Virus record (IMG/VR): IMGVR_UViG_2974670102_000001
Span: 198,654-262,653 of that record
Length of the DNA: 64,000 bases
Direction: 5' to 3' (one strand)
From: a virus
Taxonomy: Duplodnaviria; Caudoviricetes
Position 1 is the first letter of the stretch; every line of letters begins with the position of its first letter. Shown in pieces: positions 29,299-38,539 of this stretch. The notes below the pieces were generated by a model. That model saw only the letters and a program-made list of their open reading frames with translations. It searched no databases and was not told where the DNA came from. The position numbers and the translations under genes are program-made.

Positions 29299-29578
29299 CC
29301 ATATGGCAAACGCGTTCTTCGTGTACACGGCGCTCGCGTTCACGGGAATCGGGGCAGCGGTCGGGGTGCTGGCGCACGCCCACCATCGACGCAAGCGCGA
29401 TCTCCGAACCACCTACGAGTTCAGCCAGTTCTGCGAGTGGGCGGCCAAGAGGGGCTACGATCTGACGCTCACCTCCCATGTGTGGGATGTGGATAGCGCC
29501 GGAGACTCGCGGTACGTGTTCCAGTCGTTCACGACGAAAGCAGCATGGGATGCGTGGCTCGGGAGCGTCTTTCGATGA
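29291..29578 (+). CDS. membrane-anchored protein with FxEW..TKAAWDAW module
   Basis: N-terminal TM; AGGAG RBS. Confidence 0.65.
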   Translation: MIDHMANAFFVYTALAFTGIGAAVGVLAHAHHRRKRDLRTTYEFSQFCEWAAKRGYDLTLTSHVWDVDSAGDSRYVFQSFTTKAAWDAWLGSVFR

Positions 29579-29802
29579 AAGCCATCGATTATCTGAAAAG
29601 CCTGCACGAAGTGTGCGCTTTCCAATCCACGGAACGCCGTGGCACCGGCCCAGCCTCCAACTCGGAACTGGGCCGTTGGCTTAAAAGCGGTGCGCTCCAC
29701 GTGAACGGAAAAGCCTACGGTCCCATGGACAAGATCGAATTCCCGATCACGTCAGTCGTCCTGTTCCCAAAATCGAAGCGCAGTCGTTCGACCCTGCTGT
29801 AG
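29575..29802 (+). CDS. S4-like RNA-binding domain protein
   Basis: SNSELGRWLKSGALHVNG resembles the S4 motif SxSEARRxIxxGxVxVNG. Confidence 0.55.
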   Translation: MKAIDYLKSLHEVCAFQSTERRGTGPASNSELGRWLKSGALHVNGKAYGPMDKIEFPITSVVLFPKSKRSRSTLL

Positions 29803-29810
29803 GAGATTCA

Positions 29811-30071
29811 ATGTTTGGCATTCTGAAGAAGATTTTCGGGGACCCCGAAGACCCGACCGTGTGCGCTATGGCCTACGCGCGTGGCCGAAGCTATGCACTA
29901 GGCGAGTTCCTTAAAGTGGACTACAACGATGATGCCGAGCTTGGTCCCGTGGTAGACCGCCTGCAAGCTGAGTGCTGTGGCAGTTTCAACACAACGGGCA
30001 AAGAGCACGCGTTCGACCGTGGCATTCAGGCTGTGCTCGACGAGTACTACACCGAGCAGGGTATGCCTTGA
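29811..30071 (+). CDS. hypothetical protein
   Basis: AGGAG RBS. Confidence 0.7.
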   Translation: MFGILKKIFGDPEDPTVCAMAYARGRSYALGEFLKVDYNDDAELGPVVDRLQAECCGSFNTTGKEHAFDRGIQAVLDEYYTEQGMP

Positions 30072-30096
30072 CAGCGTAGGCAGAACTATTTAAACT
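30068..30096 (+). promoter_or_regulatory. sigma70-type promoter
   Basis: TTGACA-17-TAAACT. Confidence 0.8.
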
Positions 30097-30122
30097 TGCG
30101 CCATTCCATTCAAGGAGAGCAA

Positions 30123-31274
30123 ATGTTTCCGACAATCAAACATATCAACGATCTGCAACCGTTCGTCGAAGGCATCGAAGAGATCAAGTTCCTGAAGCAG
30201 CCGGGTCAACGCACGGTCGTCTGCTACACGTTCATGGACAGCCACACGTTCGACACGCCGAAGGCCCGTGAGTGCCGTGGTATCTCGTTCGACATCAACG
30301 GCAACGTCGAGAGCCGTCCGCTCCACAAGTTCTTCAACATGGGCGAGAAGCCGTGGCTCATGGAGGACAACATCCGACGCGCGGGTCGCGCAGGTGCCAT
30401 CGTCGGCATCTACAACAAGATCGACGGCTCGATGGTGAACACGTCGTACTCGATGGCCAGCGGCTTCGCCTACAAGTCGAAGAAGTCGTATTCGAGCGAT
30501 ACCGTTCTCATGTTCGAGAAGCATGTGCCGGTGCGCATCGACGAGTTCTCGCGCCGTGTCGCGGGCATGGGCTATACCGCGACGTACGAGTTCACGCACC
30601 CGGAAGCCCAGATCGTGGTTCCACACGCGGTGCCCGACATCAAGCTGCTGCATATCCGGGACAACACGACGGGCGAATACGTGATGCTGAACAAACAGCA
30701 CATGATCTGGGACCTGATCCACGCGCACGCGGTGCCGTATTCGGTGAATCTGCTGCCGGAACTCTCGGTCGACGCCGCTATCGATAGTCTCGAATCCATG
30801 ATCGACAACGAGGGCTTCGTCTTCCAGTTCGCGGACGGTGACATGGTGAAAGCAAAGTGCCCGTGGTACTCGTCGAACCATCGTGCGATCTCGTACATGC
30901 GCGAGCGCGATATCGCGGTGCTCGTGCTGAACGAGCAACTGGACGATCTGAAGGGCACGCTCGTGAAGCTGGGTCACGATCTGGGTCCCGTCGAGGAAGT
31001 CGAGCACCGGGTCAAGGAACGCATGCTCCAGATCGACCGTGACATCGATTTTCTGGCTGGCGTCGGTGCCGCGCTTCGTGCCACAAATCCCGAGGGTTGG
31101 AAGAAGGCGTTTGCGGCGTCCCACTCGAAGCTCGAACTGTTCGGTCTGGCGGTCAAGCGACTGGAAGGCCGCGACGAGCAGGTCGTGACGTGGTACACGC
31201 GTTCGAAACTGAAGGACGAATTCGGGCTCCGCTCGCTCCTGAACGCAAGCCAGCAAGAGGCAATGGAGGGTTAA
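30123..31274 (+). CDS. T4 Rnl1-like RNA ligase
   Basis: ECRGISFD, SRPLHKFFNMGE, motif I KIDGS, YEF, EGFV, VKAKCPWY. Confidence 0.92.
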   Translation: MFPTIKHINDLQPFVEGIEEIKFLKQPGQRTVVCYTFMDSHTFDTPKARECRGISFDINGNVESRPLHKFFNMGEKPWLMEDNIRRAGRAGAIVGIYNKIDGSMVNTSYSMASGFAYKSKKSYSSDTVLMFEKHVPVRIDEFSRRVAGMGYTATYEFTHPEAQIVVPHAVPDIKLLHIRDNTTGEYVMLNKQHMIWDLIHAHAVPYSVNLLPELSVDAAIDSLESMIDNEGFVFQFADGDMVKAKCPWYSSNHRAISYMRERDIAVLVLNEQLDDLKGTLVKLGHDLGPVEEVEHRVKERMLQIDRDIDFLAGVGAALRATNPEGWKKAFAASHSKLELFGLAVKRLEGRDEQVVTWYTRSKLKDEFGLRSLLNASQQEAMEG

Positions 31275-31637
31275 ATGATCAGCGCAACAGAACTTCGTGC
31301 GCTTTACTGTGATCCTGTGGCCGCTACACTGGGTCGCGTCGAGCGCGCCCTAGTCCAAAACTTGGATAAGGCACTCGACCGCAACACGGGCGCGACGCCG
31401 CCGCGTACCAACGTGTTCGTGGACGCATCGCTTTCCGATGACGAGTTAGAGCGCGTGCGCGCCGTTATCGTCGCCAACGGCTTCGGGTTTGCAGTGGACC
31501 TCAGCTACGGTAACGCGCTGCTGCGAAGGATCATTGTCAGTTGGTCTGCACGGGCCCGACGCCGGGTCCCGGACCAGCAAACCGTCACGATCTCGGAAAC
31601 GTTCGTGCACGACCGATCAGGAGCGCGCCAAGCATGA
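31275..31637 (+). CDS. hypothetical protein
   Basis: GGAGG RBS. Confidence 0.65.
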   Translation: MISATELRALYCDPVAATLGRVERALVQNLDKALDRNTGATPPRTNVFVDASLSDDELERVRAVIVANGFGFAVDLSYGNALLRRIIVSWSARARRRVPDQQTVTISETFVHDRSGARQA

Positions 31638-31722
31638 AAGACAAAGACGTTGTGTTGTGGATTTGGGCCGTGGTAGCCGCGATCATCGTGTGCTCGGCTC
31701 TGGATCACTTAGGGATCACGCT

Positions 31723-31962
31723 GTGAAGTACTTGATCTACGACTGGTGTATCGACATAGGTGTCTGGAACAAGCACGACGACATAAACCGTGTGATCGAT
31801 GCGCTTGCGCGGCAGGGTTACGTGACGGACGACGTGGTGATCACCTCGATCTGGATCAGCCACTCGCGCAAAGCCGACAGCAACTGGTTGCCGATGGACA
31901 ACCTGACCGACGAAGAGTTGGCGGCTGTCTTCATCGGCTACTGCGAACGACAGGAGTGTTGA
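31723..31962 (+). CDS. hypothetical protein
   Basis: GTGA overlap. Confidence 0.6.
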   Translation: MKYLIYDWCIDIGVWNKHDDINRVIDALARQGYVTDDVVITSIWISHSRKADSNWLPMDNLTDEELAAVFIGYCERQEC

Positions 31963-31964
31963 AA

Positions 31965-32810
31965 ATGTACGAAACGATGGATGCCCGGATCAAGGACGCG
32001 CTGGATAATGTGGAACGCACGCAGGGCGTGAAAATCCTGATGGCCGTGGAGTCGGGCTCGCGCGCATGGGGCTTCGAGAGCCCGGACTCGGATTACGACG
32101 TGCGGTTCATCTACGTGCGCTCGTTCAACGAGTACCTGACGGTGCACGAGCGCCGTGACGTACTGGATTGCCACACGCAGGGCTTCAAGGACTGCCTGAA
32201 GGGCACGCCCATGGATCACCCGGACCTCGATCTCGTGGGCTGGGACGTGAAGAAGGTGCTGGCTTTGATGCAAAAGTCGAATCCGCAACTTCTGGAATGG
32301 ATCAACTCGCCTGTCGTGTATCGCGGCAACCACGCGGCCGTGGATGACCTGTATGTTCTGGCCCACAAGATGCTGCGTGCGCGGCCCGTGATCCAGCACT
32401 ACCTGCACATGGCCAAGGGCAACTATCGCGAGTATCTGAGGACGCCGATGGTGCGCTACAAGAAGTACCTGTACGTGATCCGTCCGCTGCTGGCTGCGCG
32501 GTGGATGCTGGAACGCGTGGACCCGCCTCCCGTGTCGTTCGCGATCCTGAACTCGGCAACGGGTGACGAGGACCTGCAAGAGCCGCTGAACCGGCTGCTT
32601 GAGGTCAAGCGTCGCTCCGGTGAAGCCGACGTGCACCCGGCCGACCCCAAGCTGAACCGATGGATCGAGGACGCGATGCGTGATGTCGAAGACGGGCTGC
32701 AATACGTTCCGGACGGCCCGGGCCATGAACTCGATCTCGACTTCGAATTCCGGACCCTCCTATACCAGTGGGCTGACGGCAACCCCGCAGACGCGAGGCC
32801 CGTACGATGA
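31965..32810 (+). CDS. Pol-beta-family nucleotidyltransferase (YcgL/RlaP-like)
   Basis: AVESGSRAWGFESPDSDYDVRFIY, GWD.KK.L.L..KSNP.LLEW..SP, KKYLYVIRPLLA. Confidence 0.9.
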   Translation: MYETMDARIKDALDNVERTQGVKILMAVESGSRAWGFESPDSDYDVRFIYVRSFNEYLTVHERRDVLDCHTQGFKDCLKGTPMDHPDLDLVGWDVKKVLALMQKSNPQLLEWINSPVVYRGNHAAVDDLYVLAHKMLRARPVIQHYLHMAKGNYREYLRTPMVRYKKYLYVIRPLLAARWMLERVDPPPVSFAILNSATGDEDLQEPLNRLLEVKRRSGEADVHPADPKLNRWIEDAMRDVEDGLQYVPDGPGHELDLDFEFRTLLYQWADGNPADARPVR

Positions 32811-33000
32811 AGCGCGCACGCGGAGAGGTTTATGGCTCGTCGTATTCAGGCTGTGAGGGATGGAATTCGTGGCTGGTCGACGTGGTTATAGTTGAAGCTG
32901 CCGACGACGAAGAGTTGCAGATGCTGAAGACCGAGATCGAGAACGTGGAACGGGCGCGGGGTGACAGGTACGTGCGACGTAACGTAGTGTGGGGTGTCGC

Positions 33001-33330
33001 ATGAAGGTCAGAAAGATCGCGAAACGCGAGCCCAAGTTCATCACCCGTTACTGGAATGAGGAAGTGGTTCGAGTGGCCGACGTCATGGACCGTGACCGCG
33101 AGCAGGCGCTGCGCACCATGGACCCAAAGATGATAAGCTTCCAGTTTGGCAACGGCGGTGAGCCCAATCGCAACAACCGCGTGTACCTGCCGGGCTTCGA
33201 TGACAAGTACCCGATGGACAAGTTCACCATCGAGTTCGAGCCGCAGCACCAACCGAGGGTCATCGAGTGGATCAACGTAAGCAGCCTCGGTGATCAGGTT
33301 CAACACAATATCGTAGGAGGTGTTAAATGA
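33001..33330 (+). CDS. hypothetical protein (MKVRKIAKR N-terminus)
   Basis: Shares its N-terminus with 17973..18239. Confidence 0.7.
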   Translation: MKVRKIAKREPKFITRYWNEEVVRVADVMDRDREQALRTMDPKMISFQFGNGGEPNRNNRVYLPGFDDKYPMDKFTIEFEPQHQPRVIEWINVSSLGDQVQHNIVGGVK

Positions 33331-33761
33331 AAGACGCAGCAGTAGAAGCAATCAAGTTCGCAATCGGCCAAGGACTCGACGGCCTGTCGTTTCTCAACGC
33401 GTGGCTCCACGGTGACTTCGACGAGATTCGTCGTGACTGGCCGGAAGCCCCGGAAGACGTGTACCCGGTGACCGAGAGCGAGCCGCCTGAAACGGCATAC
33501 CGACTCGCATACCCGATTTCGACTTCCGAGATCGAGGGCTCGCCCATCAGCCAAGAGATTACGTTCAACGTGACGTTCGGGCCCGACAACAAGGTGTCGC
33601 CGGAAACCCTACTGTTCGAGAAGGAAAAGGCACCAATTCGCCTGACCGAAGACGGGCGTCCCACGGACGTGAGCATCCGCTTCTCGGCACCGGGCGAGAC
33701 CCCGGTATTTGACGCGCAGGGTAAGCCGACACAGGTTCATGTGTCGTTCGAGCAGCAGTAA
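33327..33761 (+). CDS. hypothetical protein
   Basis: AGGAGG RBS. Confidence 0.75.
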   Translation: MKDAAVEAIKFAIGQGLDGLSFLNAWLHGDFDEIRRDWPEAPEDVYPVTESEPPETAYRLAYPISTSEIEGSPISQEITFNVTFGPDNKVSPETLLFEKEKAPIRLTEDGRPTDVSIRFSAPGETPVFDAQGKPTQVHVSFEQQ

Positions 33762-33764
33762 GTG

Positions 33765-33793
33765 TTGACGTGTGATGCAACTATCGGTATAAT
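33765..33793 (+). promoter_or_regulatory. sigma70-type promoter
   Basis: TTGACG-17-TATAAT. Confidence 0.85.
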
Positions 33794-33835
33794 TCGTTTC
33801 ATCAGTTAGGCAATCGGCGTAGCGAAAGGAGGTTC

Positions 33836-34156
33836 ATGACGTACAATCAGTGGAAAGACAAGCTGTTCGAGATTTACCGTATGTATCGTGATACGGGGCG
33901 TGGTGCCGATGCACAACTGGCGATGGCCGCTGAATGCCATCGAGCCCTCCACTTGGAGAGCGTGACTTACGAGTTAGTGGTGACTCCGCATGACATGACC
34001 AGCTTTACCATTGACATGTACATCAAGGACCCCGACGAGCCCGAGTTCTTGGTCCATGAGCAGTTCTCGGATACGACGATGGGCGAATGGGCGATGCTGA
34101 ATTCTCTGATGACCGATTTCGATGTACAACACGAAGGAGCAATGTATGGCAACTAA
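33836..34156 (+). CDS. acidic hypothetical protein
   Basis: AGGAGG RBS. Confidence 0.75.
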   Translation: MTYNQWKDKLFEIYRMYRDTGRGADAQLAMAAECHRALHLESVTYELVVTPHDMTSFTIDMYIKDPDEPEFLVHEQFSDTTMGEWAMLNSLMTDFDVQHEGAMYGN

Positions 34157-34460
34157 GAATCACGCACCCGAATTTCTCGTTATCGTCGACGCGCAGAGCA
34201 AGGCAACAGCCGTACTCGAAGTGCAGATCACGTCGAAGCTGGATCGTAGTCTGGTGAATCGTGCGGCTGGCCTGTATGGCTTCTTTCAGGTAAGCGGTGA
34301 AGAGGCCGCTGACATCGTATCGAGCGGCGTGGCGCTCACCAAGTTGCCGTCCGTCCTGTCACTTCTCAGCTTCGGTGCCTCGAACCTGAAACCGAAGCGG
34401 CTGTTCCCGGACACCGGAGCGTTTCCGTTTGGCAAACCCGAGGTCGCGTATGGCGTCTGA
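34146..34460 (+). CDS. hypothetical protein
   Basis: AGGAG RBS. Confidence 0.7.
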   Translation: MATKNHAPEFLVIVDAQSKATAVLEVQITSKLDRSLVNRAAGLYGFFQVSGEEAADIVSSGVALTKLPSVLSLLSFGASNLKPKRLFPDTGAFPFGKPEVAYGV

Positions 34461-35094
34461 CTCACAGATCAAGCTTCCGCGCGAACTGGAGGCCGCGATC
34501 CACAAGCGTCTGGTTCCGCTGTTGTACAAGCGCGATCAGGGCCGGGTGATGGGCGTGATCCGCGAAGAGTTCAGCCGGTTCTACACGCCGGAGGTAGTCG
34601 AGGCCCCGAAGCACGAGTTGTTCGACGCCCAGCACGAATACGAGTGCCTGCTCACGTTCTGCAACCTGAATCGCTACCGGGTCATCGAGCACGGGCCCGA
34701 GGGTCAGTGCTACCGGTCGTCCGTCGACGAGGACGGCACGATCAACGTCGGGTTCTTCACGTGCGACCAACAGCGATTGCTTTCGTTCGCGAGCGCCGTG
34801 GGCGTGCGCCAATCGAATCAGAAGGACTGGTCGATTGTCGAGCGGCAGGCCCGTGGTCGAGTATGGGCCTGCGAAGCACTGAGCGGGCGTGGTCTCGCCG
34901 GGAAATTCATGGCACAGGCCGTTGATGCCCAGATCGCGGAACTGAAACGGTACGAGAACTGGCATGCGGTACGTGGCATCAAGTTCGCGCGCCTTGACGA
35001 GCGCGTCAACGACTACATCATCAAGGTTCTGCTCCGGCTCGTGGAGCCGAGTCAGGTTCAGTATAGCGAATTTCGCGAATTCGCAGACCCATGA
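34450..35094 (+). CDS. hypothetical protein
   Basis: GAGG RBS; last gene of the plus arm. Confidence 0.75.
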   Translation: MASDSQIKLPRELEAAIHKRLVPLLYKRDQGRVMGVIREEFSRFYTPEVVEAPKHELFDAQHEYECLLTFCNLNRYRVIEHGPEGQCYRSSVDEDGTINVGFFTCDQQRLLSFASAVGVRQSNQKDWSIVERQARGRVWACEALSGRGLAGKFMAQAVDAQIAELKRYENWHAVRGIKFARLDERVNDYIIKVLLRLVEPSQVQYSEFREFADP

Positions 35095-35119
35095 AAAAAG
35101 GGCCCATTTGGGCCCTTTT
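35094..35119. terminator. bidirectional terminator at the convergence point
   Basis: AAAAAAGGGCCCATTTGGGCCCTTTT. Confidence 0.8.
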
Positions 35120-35156
35120 CTGTATCTGATGTATGCTGAGTCACTTTGGCTCTTTT

Positions 35157-35207
35157 AGGCCCTGTACGGTGCGTTTTTAATGAAGAAAACAGCATCCTAC
35201 AGGGCCT
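35157..35207 (+). repeat. 17-bp core TTTTTAATGAAGAAAAC inside a perfect 10-bp inverted repeat (copy 2)
   Basis: Core 35174-35190; arms AGGCCCTGTA 35157-35166 and TACAGGGCCT 35198-35207. Confidence 0.8.
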
Positions 35208-35215
35208 TGTTACGT

Positions 35216-37096
35216 CTAGCTCTTGAGCGCGGCACGCTGGTTCTTCAGCAGCGCAATTTCCGCCTCGATCTCGTGGTTGCCGGGATCGCGTTCCAGCTTC
35301 TTGTTGAGACGCACGATCTTGGCGCTGAGGCTTCGGTACAGCTTGATATTGTCGCCCATGGATTCAGCGAACCTGCTGCTGCGTGCCGCCTGATTGACGA
35401 CGCGTGCTTCGTGCTTCTCCTGAGCCGTTGCCCCGTTGTACGACCAGCGGTGCATTGAGCCCAGCGCCTCAGTCGTGTCGACCGCGATCTTCGGGTAGTT
35501 GTGCATGCGGGCCCGGACTTTTTCCGCAAGCCCCATAGTCGACACAATGGCCAACATCCGCTTCTTCGTGTTGTGGTTCCGAATGTTCCCGCGACCAAGA
35601 GACTGGATCGCCTTGTCGACCACATAGTCCTCTGCCACGTCATAGTCAGGGAGCAGCGCCGTCAGCAGTTGATCGAGCAGCGGTGGCGGATTGATGGCGG
35701 CCAAGAAGGCAACGACGTTCGAGTGCATGAACTCGTTACGTCCCTCGACGGCACCCACACTCAGGTGATGGTAATACTTGCGGTTGAACGCGTGGCTCAG
35801 ATACTCCTTGTTGACGACGACCACGCCCTGCTGCACCACGTTGTCACGTTTGACCGGAGCATTGTCTTTCCACCACGACTTGATCAATCGGTTGCTGGAT
35901 TTCACCATCCACGCAAACACGTCGACCTCGCACCCGATTTCGCGCATGTACGATTCGAGTTCGATTTGCTCGGGTTGCAGAATCCCCTTCTGCACGTCGG
36001 GATCGCGTTTGGCCCGCACCAAATCCTGCAAGTGCTCGGTCGTCACACCCAACTCTTCCATCTTCAGCTTGAACGGCATCAGCTTTTCCACCGGCATGAT
36101 GACGCCGCGATCCAACTGGTTCTTGCTCGGCATCGCCTTGTCCATGAGAAGCGGGACAATCGTCAGCTTCTCGTATCGGGCACTGACCTCCGAATGGGCC
36201 TTACCAAAACCGCCCGGCAGATGCTTGTTCAGGAATCGGTCGGTCTCGTTCTGGACTTGACAGCCCTCCATCTTCAGCAGGTGGTACATCTGACTGTTCT
36301 CGAAATCGGCGCTCATGATCATGACGCTCTTGAAGCCAACGAACGGCTGGCTGGGCAACGTGATCCCGATGAACGAGCGCTTGGAGCCGTGGCCCCGGAA
36401 CGATCCGAACATCTGCATGCGCACCGGCCCATCATCACCAGTACGCAGCGCGTCGTATATGTTGACGAGCGTGCCAAACGACCGCGCGTCGCCCTTCATC
36501 TTCACGAGACTGGCCAACCGGTTTGCGGGCAGCGAACGCGCGCGCAGCGTCATCAGGCCCTGCGCCTTCTTCCCGGTAACGCTGACGAGTTCTTCGGTAT
36601 CGAACAGTTGGTGGAACAGGCGCTCGGTGGGCTCGTCGAACGTCATGTTCATGTTCTCGGTCACCCACTTGCGCGACTCGTCGAATATGACAGTCGTTTC
36701 CTTGAACTTCGGGTGTCGGCGCAACTTGATGAAGGCCGCGTGTGTCAGGAACAGAATCGAGCCCGGCAGAAAGGGGAGCGGGGCCTTGGTGTCGGTCGAG
36801 CGCCCGTCGAGCGCGGCCCGGATTCTCTCGTCGACGGTGGCCGTGGTCGACGTGTGTTTGTCGGCCGAGCGCGCGTATTCAGCACGTATCATTCGCTGCT
36901 CGTTCTCGTCGAGCAGGGCCCGGAGATTACCCAGCGTCTGACGCAACAGGGCTTGTGTAGGAGCCACATAGAAAATGTAGCCCGTGCCCTTGACACCCTT
37001 CATGCCACGACGGATGTGCTTGGCCATGAAGTTGACGGCAGCACGAGTCTTGCCAAGTCCGGGAACGCCGGACACGTATTGAACGGTAATGGTCAT
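35216..37096 (-). CDS. SF2-like helicase, origin-binding-protein type
   Basis: Walker A SGVPGLGKT, YVAPTQAL, FLTH, IFDE, MSADF, GRNEF, AIQSLGRGNIRN. Confidence 0.75.
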   Translation of the reverse strand: MTITVQYVSGVPGLGKTRAAVNFMAKHIRRGMKGVKGTGYIFYVAPTQALLRQTLGNLRALLDENEQRMIRAEYARSADKHTSTTATVDERIRAALDGRSTDTKAPLPFLPGSILFLTHAAFIKLRRHPKFKETTVIFDESRKWVTENMNMTFDEPTERLFHQLFDTEELVSVTGKKAQGLMTLRARSLPANRLASLVKMKGDARSFGTLVNIYDALRTGDDGPVRMQMFGSFRGHGSKRSFIGITLPSQPFVGFKSVMIMSADFENSQMYHLLKMEGCQVQNETDRFLNKHLPGGFGKAHSEVSARYEKLTIVPLLMDKAMPSKNQLDRGVIMPVEKLMPFKLKMEELGVTTEHLQDLVRAKRDPDVQKGILQPEQIELESYMREIGCEVDVFAWMVKSSNRLIKSWWKDNAPVKRDNVVQQGVVVVNKEYLSHAFNRKYYHHLSVGAVEGRNEFMHSNVVAFLAAINPPPLLDQLLTALLPDYDVAEDYVVDKAIQSLGRGNIRNHNTKKRMLAIVSTMGLAEKVRARMHNYPKIAVDTTEALGSMHRWSYNGATAQEKHEARVVNQAARSSRFAESMGDNIKLYRSLSAKIVRLNKKLERDPGNHEIEAEIALLKNQRAALKS

Positions 37097-37260
37097 TTGT
37101 AGAAACGTACAAACGGTTGAGGTACTGTAAAATTGGGGATCTGGGGTCAGGTCATGGCTCGGGTCCTCTAGGACGCGGAAATAAGGTGAAAAAGTGCAAT
37201 AATTGAGATAGGTGTAGAAACGCCTCGCTCCTAAATACATTAAGGAGTGACCCATTTACA

Positions 37261-37660
37261 CGCAGGGTGGGTTCGGGAGGGGCGCAGCCCCTTCCGGTGG
37301 GGTGAGCGCAGCGAACCCCTCACCGATCAATTCACGCAGCAACGTGTTCAACAAGGGGTCTCGTGTCTGCTCTGGGAATGCGTGTCGCTTCGCTCCACGC
37401 TGCCCACTCGCTTCGCTCGTGATTGCTGTCGCTCAGCCGGGGCTGCGCCCCGTCAACCTAGGTGCCCGGCCCGAACGTGGTTTTGACGCATTCTATTAGG
37501 AGTGGGTCGTTTATACTCACGCTCCTGAAATGCTTGTTTTTTACGCTTATTTTGAAAAACAACGAAAAACCCCAAAAACGAGGGTTCTTGGGGTCTTGAT
37601 GTGTGTTCCCTTACTTTGGGGTTTTAAGCATCGATTCCGCGTGTTTTTAATGAGAAAAAC
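37261..37660. other. structured non-coding region, candidate replication origin
   Basis: 13-bp inverted pair 37279-37291/37439-37451, TCGCTTCGCTC x2, nested hairpins, then an AT-rich tract. Confidence 0.5.
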
Positions 37661-37667
37661 TACACGC
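37639..37667 (+). repeat. variant 17-bp core TTTTTAATGAGAAAAAC in a short inverted repeat (copy 3)
   Basis: Core 37644-37660 (15/17 identity); arms GCGTGT/ACACGC. Confidence 0.65.
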
Positions 37668-37864
37668 TATTCGGGCTTAATCTGGGCTCCGCATGACGGG
37701 CAGAAGTTGAGGTGTACGACCTTCCTCACGTTCCAGTCCCCGTACTCGATGGTGTGCTCCCACAGTTCGACGAACGGGTCGTAGGTCCGCAACTGATCCG
37801 TGACCCCGAGCCCGGCCCTTACGTCTTGCAGGTATTGTGCACGCTCCGTGCAGCACGCCGTCAT
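37667..37864 (-). CDS. small zinc-ribbon protein
   Basis: CC...FCPSCG. Confidence 0.65.
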   Translation of the reverse strand: MTACCTERAQYLQDVRAGLGVTDQLRTYDPFVELWEHTIEYGDWNVRKVVHLNFCPSCGAQIKPE

Positions 37865-38301
37865 CAGTCGAGGTCCGCACGCAGTTGCGTGTACAGGTCG
37901 ACCGCCTTCTTGGTCGGCGCGTACGCCTGCTCGAACGAGCGGCCGCCATCCGCAAGCGTCGCCTGCATGATCGGGACCGCGAACCCGTTCTCGACCAGAA
38001 AGTCGACGGACGCCGGGTTGATCGTGGACTGGGCGACGGGCCCGTGGTCGATCATGATGTTGAGCGTGTTGATCACGGCCTGCAACCGATCCTGAGACAG
38101 ATCGATCAACTCGTACGTCAGATCGTCGTACTCGTGAACCTGCGTCATCGTGTCGCGCAGATCGCGGTAGATTTCGTTGACCGTGTTGCTCGGCACCTGC
38201 GCGAGACGCGGCAGGATGCTCGTGTGCACGACGTGGGCCAGATGGGAGAGCCGGGCCATGCGCTGGCCCACGATCAGTTCCGCTGCTGTTTGCGTTGTCA
38301 T
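37864..38301 (-). CDS. hypothetical protein
   Basis: AGGAG RBS. Confidence 0.7.
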   Translation of the reverse strand: MTTQTAAELIVGQRMARLSHLAHVVHTSILPRLAQVPSNTVNEIYRDLRDTMTQVHEYDDLTYELIDLSQDRLQAVINTLNIMIDHGPVAQSTINPASVDFLVENGFAVPIMQATLADGGRSFEQAYAPTKKAVDLYTQLRADLD

Positions 38302-38311
38302 GTTTTTCTCC

Positions 38312-38539
38312 TTAGAACATTTCCAGTTCGGCGTTGGCCGACACGAAATACGTCTTACCACACTCGTCGCATTCCTGCTCGACGCCGCGCGGATCGCCGT
38401 ACCAGCCGTCCTGCTCTTCACCGCAGTACGGACAGTTGATGTGCATGGCCTTGACCGTGACCGTCTGGACAATGCGCTTGCCGTCAGCCGTGGTCGGCGG
38501 TTCCTTACCGGCCAACAGCCCGGTTTCCTTGTCGCTCAT
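38312..38539 (-). CDS. small zinc-ribbon protein
   Basis: CPYCG...CDECG. Confidence 0.75.
   Translation of the reverse strand: MSDKETGLLAGKEPPTTADGKRIVQTVTVKAMHINCPYCGEEQDGWYGDPRGVEQECDECGKTYFVSANAELEMF

Noticed and set aside
35168-35195. GGTGCG... as a dif/XerCD site
   Set aside because: Only the first 6 nt match; there is no XerD arm (TTATGTTAAAT).
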